Under the pieces are notes generated by a model. The model had not been told where the DNA came from, ran no database searches, and saw only the letters and a program-made list of their open reading frames with translations. Shown piece after piece: positions 13,603 through 25,151 of a DNA stretch of 64,000 nt. Both the position numbers and the translations under genes were made by a program. Position 1 is the first letter of the stretch. Every line of letters starts with the position of its first letter. Source of the DNA: Vicugna vicugna. Its lineage: Eukaryota. The stretch covers positions 5,440,066-5,504,065 of the forward strand of contig MU058221.1 in the NCBI GenBank assembly GCA_013265495.1. Reading direction: 5' to 3'.

Positions 13603-15176
13603 TCTAGAAAATGGAGGAGGAAAGATGCTCATTTTAAGGACCACAGACACGAGTTCCCTCCATCCTCCCTTTCACTCCCCTCCCTTTCTTGTTTCTTTCC
13701 TTCCTTCTTTGTCCGACATTTGTTATCAGAGCACAGGGTCTGGGCTGGGCTGGGCTGACCAGATGGTTGCTGGCTGTCGTGGTCCCAGCTGGTGCTGTGA
13801 CTGGACGTGAAGGGGTCCGTGTGAGTCAGGCTGCCGGGGGAGGGAAAGTACCACGTTCTGGGCGGGAGACCAGGGCACTGTGCAAAGCCGGGGCAGCCTT
13901 CCCCTGGGGTCGGGAGGTCCCCAGGCAGCAGGACACTGGATGAGGAGCTGGTCTTGGGAGAGGAACCTGATAAAGGGGCATTGTGACAACCTGATGGATA
14001 TGCCAGGAGACGCCCGTGCAGAGGCACAGCTCCAAGAGGGACATCAGACCTGGGTGTCTTCCCTGGAATTTGATCTGACCCCAGGGCATTGCTTTCCCTT
14101 CTCTAGACCTATTTCTTCAACTATGAAATGGGGCTAATAGGACGCGTGCTGCTGGGCTGAGGGGTTCATATGAGACAATATCACAGGAATCCTTGGTAAC
14201 TGGTACCCATCTCCTCCGCAGCCAAGGGCAAGCCCCCAGGGTCTGAGATTCTTTCTGGTAATGTGCATGACGTAATTCTAAAACTCTTCAAAATTTACAT
14301 CCACTTTGGTTCGGGCCATAGATTGTGGTTCTTAGTTCTGTAAGGTGGCTGCTGTCATTGGTTTGTGCCAGTTTCATCTCATGAGCCGCGAACTCCCCAA
14401 CCAAGCAAAACACAGGACTCCCTCCATGCACTTGGCGGTCCCGTATGTACCCCCGGGGAGGCCCACTCAGAAAGAGTGCTCCTTGGGCTGGGGAGGCACG
14501 TGGTACCCTCACAGCTAGCTGCCACGCTCCATGGAGGCAGCCTCTGATGTGAAAACCCCTCCCTTGCAGCAGTGAGAGGAGGAGTGTGACCACGCCCCTC
14601 ACCACAGTGGGTGAGCCCCAGGAAAGGCTGAGTTTCCAGCCCTAGAGCTCTGCTCCTGACTTTGGGAGCTTTCTGCTGTTAAAACGGTTCCTCCAGCCCA
14701 TGGAGATATTGTCATGGGTGTAACCTTCCTGTAAGTCCCTCACGAGAGGGGATTTGCGTTCTCAATCAACCTCTGTATCTCAGAAGATGCCTGGCTGCCC
14801 TAATGAGGTTCTAGGGGTGAGCATGGCCATGTGTGGCCAGCAGCTAATCTCCTTAAATGCAGTGCGGGTTCTGCCCTGAATTCTTGGCCAGTATCATCTC
14901 ATTCATTTAATTTGGGGTGGGAGGAAGTATTGAATGCAGATGACAAACGCTTACCTATATCTGTAAGAAATTAGAATTCTTTAAAGTAGATAATTCTTGT
15001 AAATGCAAATCAAACGAACCAATAAACTTATGAAAAGATGCTCAGAATTATTAATAGGGACTTACAAATTAAAGTGACACTGAGATGCCATGGCTTACCC
15101 ATCAGAGTGGCTAAAATGGAAATGGTTCCATTTGTAAAAGGAACAATGTTAACCCCCCCATACACGTGAACATGGT

Positions 15177-15918
15177 AGGGTTTCTCAACTTTGGCGTCAC
15201 TGACATTTGGAGCCTGATTTTTTTTTTTTTTAGTGAATGAGGCAATTTATTAACCCAGCATCATTTTGTGTAACGTTTCTTGTTGGCAGCTGCCACCTGT
15301 CCAGCGATTCTGTCCAAATCTCTGCGTCCCGGATGTGTCAGTTTGCAGCGCCCATCTTGGCCCTTTTCCACCATTTTCAGCACCTCCAGGGCTTGGAGGA
15401 CCCGGCAGGCCATGCTTTTGGAGGCTGTGCTCAATTGTCTGCACACTGATGCCCCCCACAGATCTGGGTCCGGGAGCCGCCCCCAGTGCTGCCCTGGAGA
15501 TACAGGTGCCAGGCTGTGGGAGCAGCTCGTGCCTAGAGCCGGTTCTCATCAGAGGGAGCAAGCTCCTCAGGCGTAGCCAGCTTGGCAGTGTCCCCCCATT
15601 CAGGACCTTTCAGCTTCCCCGACTTGTTGAGGAAGGCTGCCAGAGCTCTGACGAACTCCCGCTGGTTCCCGTCTTTTACAGTAACTCCAGGCATGGTCTG
15701 GCCTCCGCGCTGCCAGCCAGTGGGAAGCGGGTGTGTGTGGATAATTCGTTATCACAGGGGCTGTCCTCGTGTTGTGGGATGTGGAGCTGCGTCTCTGGCC
15801 TCTATCCACTGGATGGCGGTAACACCCCCCCCCCCACCGCCGCCAATTGTGATGACTTGAGATGACATTGCTGAGGGTCCACGGGGCAAATCGGCCCCAC
15901 CTCGCTGAAAACCACTTG
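15177..15918 (-). mobile_element. MER20-like hAT DNA transposon split by the RPS19 retrocopy (15177-15217 and ~15739-15918)
   Basis: Termini agggtttctcaac and gctgaaaaccact; internal ggataatt...ggggctgtcct...tggcctctatccactggatg matches the MER20 consensus as recalled. Confidence 0.85.
15218..15727 (-). pseudogene. RPS19: Processed pseudogene of ribosomal protein S19 (eS19)
   Basis: Intronless. 5' UTR cttcccactggctggcagcgcggaggcc, ATG at 15694 ([22 protein letters not shown]...), premature TAG at codon 54 (15533-15535), net ~13-nt frameshifting deletion near 15435-15445, C-terminal [22 protein letters not shown] at 15246-15251, A14 tail at 15218-15231. Confidence 0.96.
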
Positions 15919-18510
15919 GTATACAGGTAAACATTTATAGCTGCATGTGCTTTTATGAACAATTATTTAATCATCACTTTATAGATAAAGAAACTGAGGC
16001 CAGGGAGGCCAAGTAACCATCAGCTGAGGACCCGAGATCCAAGAGGGGTCTGATTTCACAGTTTCTTGCCTCAAACGCAGCCACGCGGCTCAACCACATT
16101 CTTGAGGCTTGACGGGTTGAATGTCCCGGGACTTCAAGTTCATGTTTCCAGGCCAGAACCATGGGTCAGGGAAGGAGAGCCGAGGCCTGTGGTGTCTGAG
16201 CCTGTCACATGTGAGGCCATGGCCCCGGGGCTGGCTGGGCTCCCCGAGATGACTGTGCTGAGCCACCGGTCCAGAAAGCAGCAGCCAGCGGGGCCGCCAG
16301 ACCTTTGAGCAGGGCTGACCGCCACTTGCAAAGAAAGGCCCAGAGGCTGGAGCCCAAGGTGGCCTCTGCTGTGTTCGGGGAGGGAGGTGGAGGAGCTGGG
16401 GTGGGAGCCTGGGGACGACTGTGATGACTAGACTTCTGGTTCTTTCTCATTTCCCTCTCTTCTGGCCTCTGAGCGTACAAGTGCCTTTCACTCTCCCCCC
16501 AGCCCTGCCCTCTCCCCAAAGCCCCGACAGCCAGCTGGGCAGGCCCTACCTGGAGTGGTGGGTGGCAGTGGGTGGGGGGAGGGTTATAGGCTCACATGCT
16601 GCCTGACAGGTTCCTCAGCCTTTGGCCAGTTCACGATGGGCTGAATTTCCTGTTGACTTGTCTGTTTGGGGCACTAGACTGGGAGATCAGCGAGGGCAGG
16701 GCCTGTGTGGTTCCTGCACCTTCGGGAGCCTGGTGCAGTGGGTGTCCAGGCTGGCTGGGTGCAGGACGAGGGAAGGAGGGGCACGGTCAGGATTTTTTGC
16801 TTGGAAGGTGCCTTCCAGGTCCCTGAGCCCAGACTCCGTTTCTAAACTTGCTCAAGGTCTGAGCGGCTCCAGTGACACCCAAGCCCAGCCCAGGTAAGCG
16901 AGGTGCTCAGCCCTGTCCCTTGGGACCAGGTCCTGGCCTTTCCCTGGGCCCGTGAACAAGCCAGAGCTGTGAACCCTGCAGAGCAGAGCTCCTCACTTGA
17001 CCTCTCAGGGCAGGAGAGGTGCTGCTTCAATGACCTGAGGCCCAGTCCTCGCTCCAAGCTGGGCTTTTTAAATGGAAACTTTTCAGAGCTGCTTCTAGAA
17101 GCACTCGCCGGTGCTGTCCCCTCCTCTGCCCCTGCAGGCACCCTGCTGATAGGACTTGCAAGCTGAACAAGTTGTTCCCCTCAAGCACCGGGCTGGGAGG
17201 CAGCTGCGAGCTTCCCACTTCCGGGCCAGAACACCCCCACCTTTCTCGGCTGCAGCCCCAGGGAGCGCTGATCAAGGCGCCCTCTGTACCCCGCTGCACC
17301 CTCGCAGACACCTGTTGTGGCTTTATCACATACTCGCACCCCTGCTTTTTGGGGGCAGCGGTCAGACCTGATGTTCACGACCCACTTGCTGAGAAGCCAT
17401 CACACCAGCAGGAAAGGACGGTGGCTGTGACTTGGCACAATTTCGCGCCTGTTCTAAATTGGTGGTTCTCAACCCTGCTCGCGTTACTCTGCTAGGGCGC
17501 TTCTGATGCCCAGGCGTCTTCCCAGGCCCATTTAATCAGACTCTCTGGGACACGGGTGCTAGAATCAGTCCTGATACAGGCTCCAGTCTTCATACTGGCT
17601 TTATACTGGTGGCTCCAACGCGCAGAGTCGAGAATCTCTGTTCTAAGTGGACCTCGACAAAAGGCAGGCTTGCTCGCCCTGGCCTGTCCCCAGCTCAGGA
17701 TGTAAACAAGGGTCACCAGGCCCCCACCAGGTCTACGCATGGTGTAGAAACGTCAACATTTTGGACTGCGGCGATTTTGGAGCTTGTGACTGAGCCCTGT
17801 GCAGGGGAGGCAGGAGAGAGAAAGCCGCGCCAGGCTTGGGGAACCGCAGAGGGCCCGGCACGGGACTCCTGTGCTGACGCCAAGCCCTGGGGCCGGAGAA
17901 CCACGTGCTCATTTTCTAACAGGTACCTTGTGACCTCCTCTGAGGATCCTCTCCCATCACTCTAGCATGCATGGAAATCATCAGGTAGTGAACTGTCCCT
18001 TTAAATCCGAGAACACACATCATAACGTGGGGTGCAGGGGTCCATCCTGACCCTTCTCCCTGCGCCCCTGAGAAGCTGTCCACAGCCCTCTGTACCTAAG
18101 CCCGGTGAACCCTGTTTCTGTCAGGTTTCCCCCAGCACGGGCCCAGGCTGGCCCCACCACCTGTCAGAGGGAACAGCGTGCTCACTCTCCCCAGGTGAGG
18201 CCGCCCTTCCCAGCCCAGACACACACACCTCCTTCCCGCGGGCTTCGGCTCTCCCGGCCTCAGGGCCAGAAGCTGGCTGCGGAAGGAGGCCACCGCGGGA
18301 GCAGGCTAGAGTCAGAGGGGGAGGCTGCCAGGGCCGAGCTCTCCCACCATGTCCTCTGCCAAAACCACAGGAACCTGAGACACGACTGTCCTGAGAAGTT
18401 CCTGTCCTGGGCCCTCAAATCACAAATGCAGAAACCACGAACCAAGAGCAAAACCAAAACGTCCCAAGTCTTTCGAATGTTCTTCCTCCCAACAGCTAGC
18501 TCCAGTGACG

Positions 18511-18516
18511 TTTATT
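18511..18516 (-). terminator. Probable POLR1A polyadenylation signal (AATAAA)
   Basis: tttatt on + is AATAAA on -, about 820 nt after the stop; followed on - by a GU/U-rich tract (gttttggttttgctcttggtcgtggtttct, ~18430-18460). Confidence 0.75.
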
Positions 18517-19333
18517 ACACAGCCTGAGCTGGAATAACATTAGACAAAAATAGAAACAGCCCCTGGTTTTACAAAGCCTCGGTACAGGTCCTCTGACTTT
18601 TCTCTTCACGCTGGGGCCCCTGGCTGCTGGTGCCAGAGGTCAGGGGAGGCCGGATCACCCTGGACAGGGCAGAGCCTGCAGAGGGGGACTCAGGCCTCAA
18701 AGCTGGGCCGAGAGCAGAGCCAGGGAAAGAGAGCCAGGCAACCCGTGCCAACAGCGCAGCCCGGCGCGTGGCTCGGGGCTTACGTGCCGAGCTGAGCCGC
18801 TGGGGCCCCGACTCGGGGCCGATCTGGTCTAGGAGGACACGCAGTCACGAGCCAGCAGAGCCGGGACTCTGGCCCAGGCACAGAGGGTGGGTGGGGAGGG
18901 GTCTCTGCCACCTTCGCTTGGTCCAGAGAAAGGGCCTTAGGCGGAGACTCCGTGGGACCTCCGACCCCGGGGCTGGCGCAGCCAGGAGGGGTAGTCACCG
19001 GCTGCTCGCAGCAAGGAGACCTCACCTCCCTACCCTGGAGGGGCCAGGGACGTCACCTCCGAGGCTCCCTGCAGCCCAGGGGGAGGTCCGGCCACCTCAG
19101 AGGGGCTCAAGGGACCTGGTGGGGGGCCTGGTGACCCCTGTTGACATCCTGAGCTGGACAGGCAAGGCGAGCAACACAGCCACTTCCCAAGCGAGGCTGG
19201 TCCAGCTGCTTCTTGGACCCCAGGGTCACCACTGTGCTCTGCACCCTCGCCAGGGACTGCCCGGGATTCTGGTCTCTCCCGCCTCCGGGTTCTCAGGTGA
19301 CAGGCAGGCCAGGTGCACGGCGCGCAGGGGCCA

Positions 19334-19434
19334 CTATCTCAGGGGCTGCTTGAGCTCGAACAGGCCCGTCCCGCCCTTGACGACTTTCCCGACCACGAGG
19401 CAGGCTGACGGGGACCTCAGCTCGTCGTGGGATC
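19334..19434 (-). CDS. POLR1A: POLR1A last exon, coding part [15 protein letters not shown]...[13 protein letters not shown]
   Basis: 101 nt ending in TAG at 19334-19336; no heptad CTD, consistent with Pol I rather than Pol II. Confidence 0.97.
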
Positions 19435-19753
19435 CTGGGAGAGACACAAGGGCACCTGTTAGGTGGCTGAGGCAGAAGCTGGGCGTGATGTTGCGGGTGG
19501 GGGAGCTCAACACTGAGGCTGGGCGGATGAGGCGTCTCCGAGGCCACGAGGAGTGGTCCTGAGGCTTGGAGTCTGATGGGAAGGAGGCACCACTGCTTCT
19601 CCGTTTCAAAGAGAAGACGACCCTCCCACTTTCCTTCCAAAGGCAGAGGCAGCTCTCCCGCCTGCTGCCTGCCCTCCCCAGCTGCTCTGGGCAGTGAGAG
19701 TCCAAGATCTCCCCCGCATGCAGAGCATGTGGAAAGGCGCCCGAGCAGATTCA

Positions 19754-20885
<1,132 letters not shown>

Positions 20886-21691
20886 TCATCAGGGGCCTGA
20901 GGCTCCAGTTCAACCGTCCAGGGGGCCCACGGCGGCTCTGTACTATGGCAGGTCACCCCACAGGAGACAGTGGAGACAGCCTGCCTGGCCTTGTTTAAAT
21001 GAATCCCACGAGCATGTGACACAGAGCTCGCCTCGTCGGTGGCTGCCTCTCAGGAGACGAGCCCTTCCTGCTCTGTCCTCTGGGGGAGCACTTGGTGAAA
21101 GGCTCTCGGGCAGGAGGGCCTTGCTGGCTCCGTGCAGACAAGGGCAGAGTGGGCTGGAGGGGTCCCAGCTCCTCAGAAGTCTGGGGGCAACTCGTGCCCA
21201 GGGCCTGAGAGCATCTCAGGAGGAGGAGGAGGCAGTCGAGAGCGCAGTGGAAAGGACAGTGCGGAGCCACAGCTGGGGTAGGAGCGCACAGGCCCCCGCC
21301 AGCCTCGGGCATGGGGGGCCGGGTCTGGGCCACCTCTGTACCCAGGGCCTCCTTTACCGGACAAAGCGAGCAGCTCCCAGGCCAGCAACTCAGCAAACTA
21401 TTTCTTATACGTCTACTCTGGGAAGATTTTCACTTCAAGAAAAAGAAACTATACTCAAATTAATTGGGGAAACTCTGGGTTTGGTAAAGTGAAGCAGGTT
21501 TCTGTACTGCAAGCCTTAACCGGGCTCTCGTGCATCGGGGATCCCAGGAGGCGGCCCAGGGCGTGCGAACTTGGCTTGGGGACACTGGGCTGGAAGCGTG
21601 AACGGCCCAGGAAGGGCCGAGGTAGAGCGGCCCGAGCCTGAGGCACCTGAGGACCTGGACCGGCCAGCAGATGCCGCGGAGGGCCACGCAC

Positions 21692-21892
21692 CTCGGCGTA
21701 CTTGAACAGCTCCTGCAGGTTGATGCCCTCTGTGTTCAAGACAAGCTCCTTCTCGTTCTTGCTGTTGGTGGTTTCATTCAGGAGGCATCTCGTGATGCCC
21801 TTGGTTGCATAGATGACGGCGTCCTGAGCCAAGGACACTACCAGGGAGCTCATGTCAAAGTTGACCTTCATGAGAGGAAGCTGCACTGTCAC
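21692..21892 (-). CDS. POLR1A: POLR1A exon ~31, [10 protein letters not shown]...ELFKYAE
   Basis: 201 nt, 67 codons. Confidence 0.97.
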
Positions 21893-22647
21893 CTGCAAGA
21901 GGAGGGACAGCTGGGCGGGGGGATGGCCGCTCCCTGCCCGGGGAGATTTCTCCAGAGCCCCCTTAGGAAACACCTTGGCCGCGGGCAGAGGTCCTGCTGG
22001 GTTGAGCGGGGCGGTGCCTCTGGCATGTGAACCTCGGTGGCTTAATGACCACAGAGTAGCCACCTCCGGCCACCGGGATTGAAGACGGGAGCAACGTTTT
22101 CACAGACGTCAGCAAGAAAACGGTGAAAATCTCGCTCACTCAGCATCACCCCTGATATCCTTTCGGTCACCACAAAGCATAACACAGGTCGTTCGGTGTG
22201 TGTCATCTTGGTCAATGACTCTTATCTACACTGCCATTTGGGAACCACCGAACTGGTCAAAGGAAAGGACAGAAAAACCGGTCTGTGTGCAGACGTCTAG
22301 GCCTGGAAACCACCGAGCCTTTCAGTGAGCGATGCGGCCTCGCAGCTGGTGACCAGGAGTAAGGATGGTGTAAGGAATGACGTGTCCCTGCTGCCTGACA
22401 ACCTGGATGGACAGTCACACCCGTGCTGCACTGGGGCCCGAGGGCGGCGACACACGTAGAAGTACCCAAAGGGCCCGGTGGTCAGACCCATGCACGCTGT
22501 TCTTGACAGTCAGAGGGACCTGGTCTGCGAGGGGTTTGAAAGTCAAGTGCGCGGGTCCGTGATCTGGGGTGGGGGGGGTCTGTGGATGCCACTGAACTCT
22601 TTGCAACCCGCCCTCCCAGGCCCTTGACGGCCACCCCGGGCACGGAC

Positions 22648-22950
22648 CTGGCACCACAGGCTGTCCTCGGTGTCGTACTGGTAGTCCTGCAGGAACGGGT
22701 GGCACTCGCGCACGGCCCGCACCCGCCGCTCCACCGCCTCGGCTCCCTGGGGCTCCCGGCCGCGGGGGGGCCTCCGGGGCTGCGCTGGGCGGGCAGCAGG
22801 CGGCGAGTACTCCTCGGGGCCCAAGGCCCCCTCATCCTCCTCCTGCTCCAGGGCCTGGGGACCGCCGTCCCCGCGGACGTTCCCTTCCTCCTGCACGTCC
22901 TCCTCGTCCTCGTCCTCCTTGTCCTCTTCCTCCTCGCTCTCGTAATCCAC
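22648..22950 (-). CDS. POLR1A: POLR1A exon ~30, VDYESEEEED...DSLWCQ (acidic Pol I-specific insert)
   Basis: 303 nt, 101 codons; caccag| acceptor, |gtccgt donor. Confidence 0.95.
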
Positions 22951-23471
22951 CTGGTGGGGGACGGCGTACAGGCCGGGTCACGTGGGCCCCTGCCATCTAT
23001 CTGGACTCGGCCTGAAGGGGCCACCTGCTCCGCCGGCCCCTCGGTCCCAGTGCCCCCTCCCCGGGGCCCAGTCCCGCTCCAGCTCTCCCCTGTGCACCCC
23101 CTCAGCCCCTCCACACCGCCCTCTGTCCTGCAGCAATTGGGACAGCAGAGGACTGGTAGGTGGGAGGGGAGGGAGGTGTCACATTTCATGGTAAAAACAG
23201 GAGGCAGCTAGCTGACTTCCTCTCCCTGCCAAAGGCCTCTGGGTCCTCAAATCTGATTCAAACAGAAGGATGGCCAGAACAAAATGGCGGGTCCGGGCTG
23301 GCCCTGGCTCACTCGCTGCCCTGTGAATACCACCTTCTCCACTGAGTGGCGGGTTCCTGATGGGTTCCAGCAGGCTACAAAGGTGTGGCCTTAGGTGTGG
23401 GAGGTGACCCCTCAGGCGTGGTGGAGATGGGCCGGGACCACAGCCGCTTCACCTCAGCCACAGTCCCCTAC

Positions 23472-23582
23472 CTCCTCCTCTTGCTTCTCCTTGCGTTTGG
23501 CGTCCGAGGCATCCGCGTCTCCCTCCTCAGCTTCGGCATCCACAATGTGTCCCTCCTCCTCCTCACCCCCATCCTGCTCTCC
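23472..23582 (-). CDS. POLR1A: POLR1A exon ~29, acidic [10 protein letters not shown]...KEKQEEE
   Basis: 111 nt, 37 codons; ccacag| acceptor, |gtaggg donor. Confidence 0.95.
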
Positions 23583-24812
23583 CTGTGGTTTGGGGACAAG
23601 GAGGAGGAAGATGGCTGTAATACCCAGTGTTTGGTGAGTCTGTCTGTCCACCCACCACCAGCCTTTCCTCCCAACTATCGCCTGCTCTCCTCACTCACCC
23701 ATCCAGCCACCCGCCTGACCCACCCAGCACACAGTCACCTACCACCTTCCCAACTATCCCTCTGCGACCTGCCACACTCCCTCCACCAGCACCCCCACCT
23801 CTGGATTCCATGCCTCCTTCTCTCCAGGCTAAATCTTTACATGTACCACTTGCAAAATCTTGCATTAAAAAAAAAAGTGCCAAGGCTTTCCAAGGCATTG
23901 AAAGAAGATGGTGATAATATTGATCCAAATATTTTTATTCTGGGTGGAGATGAAGAGAAAGGGTTGTCTTGGTATTTTAACACCCAAATATTTATACCTT
24001 CCTCCTGATCTCAGCTCCTAGTTTCTTATAGTCTCCTTCTCGGGGATTTAAGAATCAAGACTGGGCAGCCTTTCAAAAATATTCCAAGTCCATCCGCACT
24101 TGAGTTAGCCAACTGGCGGACCCTGGGGGCAGGAGACCTGGCATTCTCTGTCTAGGCCAGGAAGTCATTTTAGGGATGAAGAGACCCATCCCTCATTTAG
24201 GGATGAGGCCCAGAGAGAGAGAGGAGGTGACAGCTGAGGTCACCGAGCCAAGCAGGAGCAGGACCAGTCTTGGTCGCAGCCCTGCCCCAGCAGGGCACAG
24301 CCCCTCCAACAGCTGGTCAGACGACACCCAGGGACCAGCCCCACCCGGCCTCGGGTCTCCTGGCAGATGAGGTATGACCATTCCTAGACTCCCTGGCGTC
24401 CAATGGCTTTTCCCTGGCTCCTTCCTTTTTCGTTGCTGTAGCTCAATCTCCCTACTTCAAAATGCCTCTCTGGTCCCTGCCCAGTACTCCGTGGGCCTCA
24501 GTTCATCTGGCCTAGGTAGACCACAAGCCAAGCCAACGAAACCAGAAAAAGAACTTCTAAAAGCCCAATGGGGACCATTGCTTTGAGTCTATCCTCAGGA
24601 TAAAAACATCACTTAATGAAGGGTTCTTGAGAGCAGACAGATGGGTGACCTGGGCCCTCACCCAAGGCCCAGACGACCGTGCTGCCTGGCAGCCTCCCGT
24701 GCATGGCCCACCACACCCAGGAAGGAAACGTTGCTTCTTGGCTCTCTCAGAAAAGCACTAAACGCTAAGCAAACAGATGGGCCAACACCAGGATGGGGCT
24801 TGAGGACAGTCA

Positions 24813-25151
<339 letters not shown>

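Noticed and set aside
15261..15694. Functional RPS19 retrogene
   Set aside because: Premature stop at codon 54, frameshifting deletion, lost native stop and many substitutions.
18630..19562. 310-aa plus-strand ORF antisense to the POLR1A last exon and 3' UTR
   Set aside because: GTG start, R/G/P/A-rich with no recognisable domain; expected by chance in very GC-rich, stop-poor DNA.
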